A stretch of DNA of 64,000 nt from an uncultured Bacteroidaceae bacterium (GCA_904501945.1 CAJGCU010000001.1:1639-65638), one strand, 5' to 3'. Shown: positions 11,918-20,618, counted from the stretch's first letter. Notes: generated from the letters alone by a model not told the origin. Numbers and translations: made by a program.

Positions 11918-12409
11918 TTAAAGTTCCATCTTGCGTTTGAAATCAACCATCTTTATAGCAGTGATGGCGCATTCGTCACCTTTGTTGCCCATCGCCCCGC
12001 CTGCTCTGTCCTCTGCTTGCTGCATGTCAAGCGTTGTGATGAGTCCGTATATAACGGGTTTTTCTTGTGTTGCATTCAGGTGTGCTAATCCGTAGGTAGT
12101 TCCTTGGCAGATGTAGCGGTCATGTGGGGTATCACCTCTAATGACACAGCCGATGGCGATAACTGCATCTACTTTTTTCTTCAGCATTTGCGATGCTCCG
12201 TAGATGAGTTCAAAGCTGCCAGGTACTGTCATGATTGGTATGTCGGAGGGCTTTACGCCATGTTTTACGAGCGTTTCTTTTGCTCCTTCGAGAAGTGAAG
12301 CGGTAATGTTTTCGTTCCATTCAGCCACAACAATGCCAATCTTCATCCCTGTTGCGTCTGGAACGGAGTTGGTATCGTAGTCGGAGAGATTATGATTTTT
12401 AGTTGCCAT
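11918..12409 (-). CDS. ribH: 6,7-dimethyl-8-ribityllumazine synthase
   Basis: [11 protein letters not shown]...[12 protein letters not shown]...PGSFELIYG...[20 protein letters not shown] at 12409; the ORF-track start at 12424 is TTG. Confidence 0.93.
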   Translation of the reverse strand: MATKNHNLSDYDTNSVPDATGMKIGIVVAEWNENITASLLEGAKETLVKHGVKPSDIPIMTVPGSFELIYGASQMLKKKVDAVIAIGCVIRGDTPHDRYICQGTTYGLAHLNATQEKPVIYGLITTLDMQQAEDRAGGAMGNKGDECAITAIKMVDFKRKMEL

Positions 12410-12424
12410 AGTGTATAAATACAA

Positions 12425-12488
12425 AATGAGGAATTAGGATTTATCGCCAGACGTCTTTATTGCGTTGGTTCATTCCTAATTCCTCATT
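12425..12488 (-). terminator. long-loop hairpin between the TPR gene and ribH (terminator or ribH leader structure)
   Basis: 15-bp perfect stem aatgaggaattagga (12425-12439) / tcctaattcctcatt (12474-12488). On the minus strand it is followed by ttgtattta. Confidence 0.4.
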
Positions 12489-12514
12489 CTTTATTTTTAA
12501 TTGATTGTCTCTAT

Positions 12515-13189
12515 TTACTTTGTTGCACGTTCGATGTATTTGTCAATATCTTGTGAGATAGGGCTACGGTAGTAAACTGTCTTAATCTTATTGTAAAGTT
12601 CAACAGCCTTATCGTTTTGATTCATTGATTCATACACTTGACCTGCCTGAAGAAGGAATACAGGGCTAACTGCATCGTTGTTTGCTTTGTTTGCAGCTTC
12701 AATCAGAGTCTTGATTCCTTTCTCATTGTCACCTTTCTGAATGTAGAGGTTTCCAAGAGCTGCGATTGCTGCAGGAGATACTATGTCGTCATCTTGTGTA
12801 GAGAAATCTTCGAGGAACTTGATAGCTTCACTTACGCTGTCAACCTTTGCATAAGACAATCCTGCGTAGAGTTTTGCGATGTTGGCAGTTTTTGTTCCGC
12901 TATACTCATCGATGATTTTGATGAAACCCTTGCTGTTGCCATCACCGTTGAGTGCTTGGTCGTACTGTTCCTGAGCAAATGCAACCTGAGCAACGGCAAT
13001 CGCTTTCTGTGCTTCAATTTCCTTGTCTGCCATCAGGTTCTTGTAAATATAAAAACCTGTAGTTACTACGATGATTGCGCCAAGGATTACTGCGATTTTT
13101 TTCCAGTTCTTTTCGATGAAAGCCTCGCTCTTGTTAAGCTGTACGTCAAGTGCGATAGGCTCTTCAATTTTTTGTTCTTTCTTTGCCAT
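12515..13189 (-). CDS. membrane-anchored tetratricopeptide-repeat protein (YfgM-like)
   Basis: 224 aa. N-terminal TM helix IAVILGAIIVVTTGFYIY followed by TPR-like helical repeats. Confidence 0.55.
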   Translation of the reverse strand: MAKKEQKIEEPIALDVQLNKSEAFIEKNWKKIAVILGAIIVVTTGFYIYKNLMADKEIEAQKAIAVAQVAFAQEQYDQALNGDGNSKGFIKIIDEYSGTKTANIAKLYAGLSYAKVDSVSEAIKFLEDFSTQDDDIVSPAAIAALGNLYIQKGDNEKGIKTLIEAANKANNDAVSPVFLLQAGQVYESMNQNDKAVELYNKIKTVYYRSPISQDIDKYIERATK

Positions 13190-13226
13190 GATATGTTTAT
13201 TTATTTTTTACTTCACAAAAATCATG

Positions 13227-13234
13227 CAAAATTA
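13227..13234 (-). promoter_or_regulatory. -7 promoter box TAATTTTG
   Basis: Plus strand reads caaaatta, 38 nt upstream of the ATG at 13189. Confidence 0.45.
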
Positions 13235-13405
13235 ATATATTTTCCTTTAATATTAAAAGTTTTTATGAAAAATCTTTGAGTGGATTCTTACTTTTCTGTT
13301 TATAAATGTATTTGAATTGTTAAAAAGAAAGAAAGTTAACATTGGAAGGGGCTGTAGACCTATAGCAGTAGAATTGAGTTTGCAAAGATGTTCTGTTGTG
13401 GTGTG

Positions 13406-13474
13406 CCCTACATCGTAGTTACGTTATACCTTGCAACGTAATTACGATACAATATATAACGTAATAGAGATGTA
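13406..13474 (+). repeat. tandem 23-bp repeat array (CGTAATTACG family), 3 units
   Basis: Units are ccctacatcgtagttacgttata / ccttgcaacgtaattacgataca / atatataacgtaatagagatgta. Cores start at 13412, 13435 and 13458. Confidence 0.75.
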
Positions 13475-13480
13475 TAATAA

Positions 13481-13528
13481 TGTAAAAAAATGATGTGCCC
13501 CACATCGAGTTATCGGTATGGGGCACAT
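13481..13528 (-). terminator. rho-independent terminator of the GH127-like gene
   Basis: 10-bp stem atgtgcccca (13493-13502) / tggggcacat (13519-13528) with a 16-nt loop. On the minus strand it is followed by cattttttta. Confidence 0.7.
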
Positions 13529-13559
13529 TAATTTCATAATGTTTTCTTTGTCACGTATC

Positions 13560-16500
13560 TTATTTGTTTACAGTTTTTCTTGCTTCTGTAAGGCGATTGA
13601 AAGCCTTTTCTATAAGGTCGTGCGTACCTGAACCGTCGTTAACATACTGTACCACCATATCTGCATAATTGATGGCTTCTCTCAATTCGGTTGTCTTGTT
13701 TGGTATGTTTTCTTTGGAATCAGTTAACAATGGCAGAAGTTCGTTGAGGTCTTCTGGCTCAGCGAGGTTGCCTGGACGCATGGTGTTGATGGCAACATTG
13801 AGCGCTGATGTAGCCGCATTGATTTCCTCTTGTGTAAGTTCCTTTTTAGACTTGGCTTCTACTTTCTTTGCAATTTCCATTTGCTGAAGCAAGCGAGTAT
13901 AACCATTAGGTGCCCATGGGGAGAATGCTGGAACTTTTACGGCGAGGGCATTCCATGCATTTTGATTTTCAACACGTTCTTCTGCCACTTGCAGTGCCTG
14001 TTCAAGACTTGTTTTATCTATGCCCTTCTTGCTTTTCTTCTTCGCTCCACTTTCGATGTTGAGACGGAGATAGTGAGTAGAATGGGCTGTCTGGTAATAG
14101 TCAGGTGTAAACGTGATAACAGAAGCATTTGGCTTTTCAAACTGCAATGTGTACAGTTTTCCGTTAGTTCCATCGTCTGTAGTGGCAGTAACTGGCTGAA
14201 GCTCGTTCAGAGCAGAAGAAAGAGTGATGTCGGCATCTTTCCATTCTTTTACGTCAGATGTCGCCATGGCGAGCGGACCATACATGATTGTGCCCACCCA
14301 TTGAGGGTCAAATGGAGTACGTGTTTCGTTCTTTCCTGTTGCAGCAAGATCCATTTTGTCTGGTCCCCAATTGATATGCTTTGTGAAAGGCATGGTAACT
14401 TCAATCTTGTCGCCATCTTTCCAATCTCTTGCAGGAATCTCCACATAAGTACATGGCTGGTAATCTTTTGCAATAGATTTTCCATTCAGTTTCACGTCAA
14501 ATCCTTCTGTTGCCCAATAGGGAACACGAAGTTTTAGCGTGAAGTTTGTATTCTTGCTTGCGTCTGTCTTTTTAACAGTTATCACGCTATTTTCAGCAGG
14601 CCATTCACAAGATTGCTCAATAGTGATGCCTTTGTCTTTCCATGTTGCGAGTGTTGGGAGATAGAGCGCAATCCACATGGTATTATCGCTAACGAAATAA
14701 GCAGCTTCCTGGTACTTCACGTGGTTTTCTGAGCCTGTACCACCACAGCATGTGCTTTGAGGAGTGTTGTTTCCATAAGGTTTGATGGCGTTCATGCCTA
14801 CTGCGTATTGGTAGGTGACACCCCAACGCTGAGGATGGACAGAGCCTACAATTTGGTTGTAGAGAATACGCTCGTAATAATCCATGTATGCTGCGTTGTC
14901 TGGGTCAAAACAGTTCAGATCTTTAGTGAGTTTTGCAAGGTTGTATGCACAACATGTCTCATTGATGTCTGGGTTTGGATACATGTTACGGTTGCGGTCG
15001 CTCATCACGCTTGTATTCATTGAAAGAATTTGCGAATAAGGTTGACGGAACATCTCTCCATTTCCCACGCCACCCATTGCATAAGCATAACGTCCTTGTA
15101 CAAGATTCCAGAAGTTGTACGCAAGGTTGTAATAATAAGGGTTCCCGTTGCTGATGTATGAGCGCAACGCTCCGACAATCATAGGTATGTGCTGGTTGGC
15201 ATGACGTGTGCGAATATCGTCTATGTTCTTTGCAACAGGGTCGAAGAAAGCTGGAGAGTCAAAACAGTTTGCTGCTTCAATCAGACGCGCTTTCTCTGTT
15301 GGATCGCTTACCATTTCTGAAAGGCGAGCCAAAGATTCTGCCATTCCACCTACTTCACCAGCAATATACATGTTCCACATTTCGTAGCGATTTCCTGGTT
15401 TTGCCTGGCGCTCAGCCTTATCTCCTTCTGATTTTACAAATGTTCGGTAATGCATACGGTTCCATACCCAAAGACCCATATCTTTAGCGATGAGAAGGGC
15501 CTTGTCAGCAATTTCTTTTTCATCGATATTATTTGCTATGTCAATGAGTCCGGCCAGTTGCTTGTGGATGGTATAGTAAGGCGCCCAAACCCATTCCTCA
15601 TTATTGTACGCGCGATAGCACTCGATTAGGGCAGGGTGAGCTGCAGGGATGGCATTTAGGTATCCATATCCATACTTTTTGTAATCTTTCTTGTATTCGT
15701 CGAAAGCAGCCCAGTTTCCTTTCATTGCCTTCAACTCTTCTTCTGGAGCATAATCGCGTGCTTCCCAGTAGCGATTGAGGGTGCTGTCCCAAACGAAAGT
15801 ACGTTCTTGGCATTCACGCAATTCATTCACCATACGGCGAATTCTTTCTCGCAACTCGTTTTTTTCTTGAATCAAGTTTGCTTCTGGAGATGAGCATGAG
15901 GCGAAAGCAAAAGCAAGTGCACTCATGTAGTGACCTGATCCGTGCCCTTTCAGTTTTGTTGTAGGCGAGTCCCAGCCGTTTGCTGTTCTGTATCCTTCTG
16001 TTGGCAATCCATAGGTGTCTCGATAGTTATAAAGCTGTTGACTAATATCCCATGAAAGAATTGTTTTAATGGCCAGCTTTTTGTTGTTTGATAACCTATT
16101 GTCACTCTTTATGTAAACATCGCTTAATGGAAGCGGTTGTGCAACTGCCTTTGGTGCAGGAACGTCCCAAGCAGTATCTGTTACTTTTATGTTGGCAGTA
16201 ATAGGATAGCCATTATCAGTTGTGTTGTCTCCAATAATGAAACCATTGATGGTGTATTCTTTGCCAGCAGGATAGAGTTCAGGGTTAGACTCTTGCTGCT
16301 CAATAGACTGTGTGTAGTTTGTCCATTTGGTCTGTCGCCATTCTTGAGTTCCATCGCTGTAGGTAACATAGACTTGCCAAGGAAGGCGTGGGACGCTGCC
16401 TGATGGCACTTCAACATTGATAGGCGCAACTTTTGAAATCGATCGCTGTTTGGATTTTGATTTAGATTTGGGAGCAGCCAATGATGTGGTAGACATCAAT

Positions 16501-16580
16501 GGTGAAGACTCGGCAAAAGTAGGCATGGCCAAGCAGAAACCGATAGCTCCACAAATAATAAGGTTTAAGTTTTTCTTCAT
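13560..16580 (-). CDS. DUF1680-type glycoside hydrolase (GH127/GH146-like beta-L-arabinofuranosidase family) with extra N- and C-terminal domains
   Basis: 1006 aa with a signal peptide. INETCCAYN and QSTCCGGTGSENH match the Glu/Cys Zn-site and Cys nucleophile arrangement of GH127. An N-terminal Ig-like segment and C-terminal helical repeats are also present. Confidence 0.55.
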   Translation of the reverse strand: MKKNLNLIICGAIGFCLAMPTFAESSPLMSTTSLAAPKSKSKSKQRSISKVAPINVEVPSGSVPRLPWQVYVTYSDGTQEWRQTKWTNYTQSIEQQESNPELYPAGKEYTINGFIIGDNTTDNGYPITANIKVTDTAWDVPAPKAVAQPLPLSDVYIKSDNRLSNNKKLAIKTILSWDISQQLYNYRDTYGLPTEGYRTANGWDSPTTKLKGHGSGHYMSALAFAFASCSSPEANLIQEKNELRERIRRMVNELRECQERTFVWDSTLNRYWEARDYAPEEELKAMKGNWAAFDEYKKDYKKYGYGYLNAIPAAHPALIECYRAYNNEEWVWAPYYTIHKQLAGLIDIANNIDEKEIADKALLIAKDMGLWVWNRMHYRTFVKSEGDKAERQAKPGNRYEMWNMYIAGEVGGMAESLARLSEMVSDPTEKARLIEAANCFDSPAFFDPVAKNIDDIRTRHANQHIPMIVGALRSYISNGNPYYYNLAYNFWNLVQGRYAYAMGGVGNGEMFRQPYSQILSMNTSVMSDRNRNMYPNPDINETCCAYNLAKLTKDLNCFDPDNAAYMDYYERILYNQIVGSVHPQRWGVTYQYAVGMNAIKPYGNNTPQSTCCGGTGSENHVKYQEAAYFVSDNTMWIALYLPTLATWKDKGITIEQSCEWPAENSVITVKKTDASKNTNFTLKLRVPYWATEGFDVKLNGKSIAKDYQPCTYVEIPARDWKDGDKIEVTMPFTKHINWGPDKMDLAATGKNETRTPFDPQWVGTIMYGPLAMATSDVKEWKDADITLSSALNELQPVTATTDDGTNGKLYTLQFEKPNASVITFTPDYYQTAHSTHYLRLNIESGAKKKSKKGIDKTSLEQALQVAEERVENQNAWNALAVKVPAFSPWAPNGYTRLLQQMEIAKKVEAKSKKELTQEEINAATSALNVAINTMRPGNLAEPEDLNELLPLLTDSKENIPNKTTELREAINYADMVVQYVNDGSGTHDLIEKAFNRLTEARKTVNK

Positions 16581-16718
16581 AGGTTAATCTAACATATTTT
16601 TAGTAAATTCAACGTAAATTTTTTGTAAAATTAAATAATTATGTTGATATGTTCATTACGAAAATATAAAAAAATATTATTTTGCTATTTTTAACCATGT
16701 TTTTTGGATTATTTTGCC

Positions 16719-16726
16719 TAAATTTG
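16719..16726 (+). promoter_or_regulatory. -7 promoter box TAAATTTG
   Basis: Lies in the divergent spacer, 127 nt upstream of the ATG at 16853. Confidence 0.35.
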
Positions 16727-16852
16727 CAAATACAAAGATGGTTTTATGGGGAAATCCCTTTAAAAGATAGGGATTTTTTCTGAATGTGTAAGATAAATAA
16801 ACCGAACTTTGCAACAAGAAAAATTAGGTTGAATTTAGCACAGAAGGAATTA

Positions 16853-18043
16853 ATGAAAAGACTTTTAATTTATGCATTTTTGATTTTGCCATTATTCTGC
16901 CATGCACAGGATGACATGTACTTCACTTCTTCCAAGAAGGCAAAAAAGGAAGCACGAGAGGCTGCGGCAGATTTGCGAGCTAATGCAGAGGACGTAGAAC
17001 GCGCTGCAGCAGAATTGGAAGAATGCGTTGCAATCGTTACATATAATAGCAATAGTCGCAATGAAGATGAATACAATCGCCGTTATGTGGATGGGGATGA
17101 TTATCAGATATCTGGTGGCTATCCAAGCGATTCATTGTCCGCAAATATTGATTCTGTAGATGCGGCTGATGAAAGTTCTGTTTATGAGATGGATGACCCT
17201 GAACTTGACTATCGTTTTTCTCGTCGTATCGTGCGGTTCCATAATCCTCGCGCTTATGCTTTGGCAAGTCCATATTATTGGGACTTATATTATGTGTATG
17301 GTGCATGGGATTATCTTTACGATCCATATGACCCATGGTATTGGCACTATGGTTGGCGCTATGGTTGGTCCTGGGGACCTTGGGACTGTTGGTATGGCTG
17401 CATTTGGGGATGGCATCGTCCTTATGCTTGGACATATTGGGGGTGGGGGCCTTCCTGGAGTCGTCCTATTTATGGTATAGTTCATCAGCGAAATGCTGTT
17501 CCACGCGAGTTAAATTCTTCTCGTGGACATATGTCAGCATCTCGTAGAATCCGTACTAGTGCTACGGGCGGAACAATTTTTGGTGCACGTACGAGTGCTG
17601 CATCTCGCAGTTCTTCAACAGCTTCACGTAGTTCAGCTCGTGGAAGTAGAACAAACACGCAAAACGTTCGTGGCGGCAGTTCTTATACTGATTATGCCAA
17701 TTCGCGTGCAGGTCGTACAAGCGCTACAACCAATCGTGTGCAGCAGCAATCGGATCGTTCAAACAGTCGTCGTACAAGTGCTGCACAACGTAGCACGGCA
17801 ACGCGAAACAACTCTGTAACTTCATCTTCTGTTCGAACAAACAGTAGCCAACGAAATAGTTCTTCGGACTCGCGTACATATAATAATTCTTCTTCGCGTT
17901 CCACTACTCGTAATTCAACACCAGCATTCAATAGCACCCCTTCACGCAGTTCTGTAGGTGGAGGCTCGTCTATAGGCGGTGCTAACCGTGGAGGTGGTTC
18001 TGTTGTTGGTGGTGGAAGCCGTGGAGGCGGTGGACGTCGATAA
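16853..18043 (+). CDS. secreted hypothetical protein: helical N-terminal part, extreme Trp/Tyr-rich block, Ser/Arg/Thr/Asn/Gly low-complexity tail ending GGGSRGGGGRR
   Basis: Preferred start MKRLLIYAFLILPLFCHAQ is a signal peptide; the longer ORF starts at 16784. By my count, aa 139-208 contain about 15 W and 15 Y. Confidence 0.6.
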   Translation: MKRLLIYAFLILPLFCHAQDDMYFTSSKKAKKEAREAAADLRANAEDVERAAAELEECVAIVTYNSNSRNEDEYNRRYVDGDDYQISGGYPSDSLSANIDSVDAADESSVYEMDDPELDYRFSRRIVRFHNPRAYALASPYYWDLYYVYGAWDYLYDPYDPWYWHYGWRYGWSWGPWDCWYGCIWGWHRPYAWTYWGWGPSWSRPIYGIVHQRNAVPRELNSSRGHMSASRRIRTSATGGTIFGARTSAASRSSSTASRSSARGSRTNTQNVRGGSSYTDYANSRAGRTSATTNRVQQQSDRSNSRRTSAAQRSTATRNNSVTSSSVRTNSSQRNSSSDSRTYNNSSSRSTTRNSTPAFNSTPSRSSVGGGSSIGGANRGGGSVVGGGSRGGGGRR

Positions 18044-18133
18044 TTAGTAAGAAATAATGATTCTTTCATAAGTTTTATTTTGTTTTTAATTGACTAATTG
18101 TTTGATAATAAATTATTTAATATCATATATTGT

Positions 18134-19708
18134 ATGAATATTTTAGGAAAATCTATTTTGTGTGGTATATTGGCTGGTACTGCATTATTTGTACAGGCTC
18201 AAGATAGCTATGATGCACAGAATCTAACCACAAGCGATCTAAATGGTACATCTCGTTTTGTCGCAATGGGTGGAGCATTAGGTGCTTTGGGAGGTGACAT
18301 CAGTGTGATGAGTACAAATCCTGCAGGTACCGCTATGTACAGAAGGTCTGATGCTGCCATCAGTTTGAGTGGGGTGTTCAGTGGTAAAGGTGCGATGGAT
18401 CATGATGGTGCTCGAATGTCGTTAGATCAAGGTGGCGTTCTGATAGCTTTTGATATGGAAAATCCATCTGACAAAGGGGTTCAGTTTGTCAATTTCGGAG
18501 TTAATTATCAGAAAAAACGTAATTTTCTCTTTAACCAGTTGACTGATGTTCAGAATTTGAACTCTACATTTAGCCAAACGTTCCAAATAGCCGACCTCTG
18601 TACTGATGCTTGGGCAAATGATTATTATGGTTCTTTGGCAGATATGAGTGCGTCTGTGTTTAAGGATCCCCGTCGCGAAGGCATCTTGCTTGAAAATTAT
18701 TACGATAAGGATGGGAACCTTTTGGGCAATTCTCTGTTTGATAATCCTGGTAATATATATCTTGACCCTAAAGATGCAGATAAGGTTGATTATGTGGAAT
18801 ATCAAGGAATAGCAGCTGATAAAGCCTATTATGAGAAAGCTACTTATGGCAGTAACATACAGGCGGACATCAATCTATCGCTTAATGTTTGCGATCAGTT
18901 CTTCATTGGTGCTTCATTAGGTATATATAATATGGATTACACGCGTGAGTCTTTCTATCAGGAGCTGGGTGTGGATGGTTATACTTATGACTTTACGAAT
19001 TGGTATAATACTACATCTGATGGATTTGATGTGAAATTAGGTTTTATTTGTCGTCCTTTTGAGGATAGCCCATTCCGTTTTGGCGTGTCTGTTCATTCGC
19101 CAATATGGTATCGCATGGTTGATGCCAATGGTTCTATGCTTTATCTTGATGATAATTACGTTACAGAACTTACAAACTCAGAATACGAATATGATTTCCG
19201 TACTCCTTGGAAATTCGGCGTAAGTCTTGGTCATACAATTGGACAGAATATAGCTCTTGGTGCAGAATATGAGTATCAGGATTTGAGTTCTGCCAAGTAC
19301 AGTAGCATTGATGGGTATGATGCGAGCTATTTCCGTAATGTAAACGACATGACGAAAGAGACTCTTTGTGGGCAACATACGTTGAAATTGGGTGCAGAAT
19401 ACAAGCCTGTGGAAGAAATCTCAATCCGTCTGGGATACAATTATGTATCTTCTCCTTTCAAGGAGGGTGCTTATCGTACCATTGGATATGATGGACCTTA
19501 TACAGAAACAGATTACACAAATTGGGGCGATATCAATCGTTTCTGTTTTGGACTGGGATATCGCTATAAGGGCGGATATATAGATTTGGCGTATCAATAC
19601 CAATTGCAAAAAGGGGACTTCTATGCCTTTGACGACATTGATCTTAACCCAACCAAACTCGATTGTGATCGTTCGCAGCTGATGGCTACGTTTGGTTTCC
19701 GTTTTTAA
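18134..19708 (+). CDS. FadL/TodX/PorV-like outer membrane beta-barrel protein
   Basis: Signal peptide MNILGKSILCGILAGTALFVQAQ. The N-terminal hatch-like motif RFVAMGGALGALGGDISVMSTNPAGTAMY fits the FadL-family pattern G..GGA....D.....NPAG. Alternating beta pattern and a C-terminal ...TFGFRF. The ORF-track start at 18098 is TTG. Confidence 0.6.
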   Translation: MNILGKSILCGILAGTALFVQAQDSYDAQNLTTSDLNGTSRFVAMGGALGALGGDISVMSTNPAGTAMYRRSDAAISLSGVFSGKGAMDHDGARMSLDQGGVLIAFDMENPSDKGVQFVNFGVNYQKKRNFLFNQLTDVQNLNSTFSQTFQIADLCTDAWANDYYGSLADMSASVFKDPRREGILLENYYDKDGNLLGNSLFDNPGNIYLDPKDADKVDYVEYQGIAADKAYYEKATYGSNIQADINLSLNVCDQFFIGASLGIYNMDYTRESFYQELGVDGYTYDFTNWYNTTSDGFDVKLGFICRPFEDSPFRFGVSVHSPIWYRMVDANGSMLYLDDNYVTELTNSEYEYDFRTPWKFGVSLGHTIGQNIALGAEYEYQDLSSAKYSSIDGYDASYFRNVNDMTKETLCGQHTLKLGAEYKPVEEISIRLGYNYVSSPFKEGAYRTIGYDGPYTETDYTNWGDINRFCFGLGYRYKGGYIDLAYQYQLQKGDFYAFDDIDLNPTKLDCDRSQLMATFGFRF

Positions 19709-19720
19709 CTATATAATATA

Positions 19721-19798
19721 ACACCGCCTGCATAACATGTAAAACACCGTGTACGAAATATGTTGTATATGGTGTTTTATATGTTATGCAGGCGGTGT
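19721..19798. repeat. 78-bp palindromic intergenic element (copy E1); likely bidirectional terminator
   Basis: Arms are acaccgcctgcataacatgtaaaacacc (19721-19748) and ggtgttttatatgttatgcaggcggtgt (19771-19798). 27 of 28 positions pair, with a 22-nt loop. Lies between convergent genes. Confidence 0.8.
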
Positions 19799-19862
19799 AC
19801 GGCGTAGTGAAGGGAATATTGTTATATGGATTTGCTTAAAAGTCTTAGCAGAAGCGTGGTGG

Positions 19863-20588
19863 CTATTTCAGGTTGTTGGTCAACTTTTCATCGTTTGGAT
19901 TCTTGATGAGTGTGTTTTTGGCTGACCCTGTGAGAGTAATGGATTGTTTCCCTTCATTGAGCACGGTTAAATTATCAACATCGAGATTCATATTGATATT
20001 AGCGGAACTGCGATAGTAGATAGTGGCCTCGCGTGCTTGAAGATTGTCAATGGTGATGTCGCCAATATTGCTTGATTCGATGATGGCTGTTTCGCATTCA
20101 ACTTGTCCTACTTTCAAAGTTCCTGTGCCTAAAACTCCAAGTCGTAGGTTTTCTCCTTTCCATGCGGATGTGCTTTCGAAATTGCCGCTTCCGCAAACGC
20201 TGACACAGTGGAGAGTTGGGCAAGAGATATACAGGCGCACGTTGCTTTTTGAACCAAAGAGGTTGACTTCGTTGTTCCGGTCGGTTTTGATACTGACGGT
20301 GAGCATGCTGCTATCGAAATCTGCATCGAGATGTTGTAGCATGGCACTATCTCCCTCAATATCAATGCTGTAATCTCCTTGGGAATAGAAAATGTCAACA
20401 CTTCCCAAATTTGTGATGTAAGAAAATTCGTATGGGATGTTGAGAGGTTTTCTGATAATGTTTACTTTCTTTTTGTTTTGTGGATTTTCTTTTGGTTGTG
20501 TTGTTTGTTGCTGGTTCTCAGCAGGAGTGCTGTGGCATGCTATTAGAATGAACAAAATTAGGAATGTAAGTAAAGATAGATTTCTCAT
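19863..20588 (-). CDS. lipoprotein, DUF2807 / GIN-domain-like (beta-helical putative adhesin head fold)
   Basis: 241 aa. Lipobox FILIAC|HS and a repetitive beta pattern (VDIFYSQGDYSIDIEGDSAML..., ...NLTVLNEGKQSITLTGSA). Confidence 0.5.
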   Translation of the reverse strand: MRNLSLLTFLILFILIACHSTPAENQQQTTQPKENPQNKKKVNIIRKPLNIPYEFSYITNLGSVDIFYSQGDYSIDIEGDSAMLQHLDADFDSSMLTVSIKTDRNNEVNLFGSKSNVRLYISCPTLHCVSVCGSGNFESTSAWKGENLRLGVLGTGTLKVGQVECETAIIESSNIGDITIDNLQAREATIYYRSSANINMNLDVDNLTVLNEGKQSITLTGSAKNTLIKNPNDEKLTNNLK

Positions 20589-20618
20589 GCTTTTTTATTG
20601 TGTTATGATTGTTTGATG

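Noticed and set aside
12638-13279. Long antisense ORFs inside real genes: 12638-13279, 13830-14537, 33975-34454, 51187-51792, 61403-62149, 2118-2609 and 48807-49295.
   Set aside because: Each lies fully opposite a gene with strong family motifs. Their translations are low-complexity or Cys/Phe/Leu-rich with no recognisable domains. Such ORFs are typical by-products of codon bias.
17692-18069. Pro-rich antisense ORF (…PPPPRLPPPTTEPPPRLAPP…).
   Set aside because: It is the complement of the Gly/Ser/Arg codon repeats of the sense gene. It has no signal sequence, no promoter box and no independent support.
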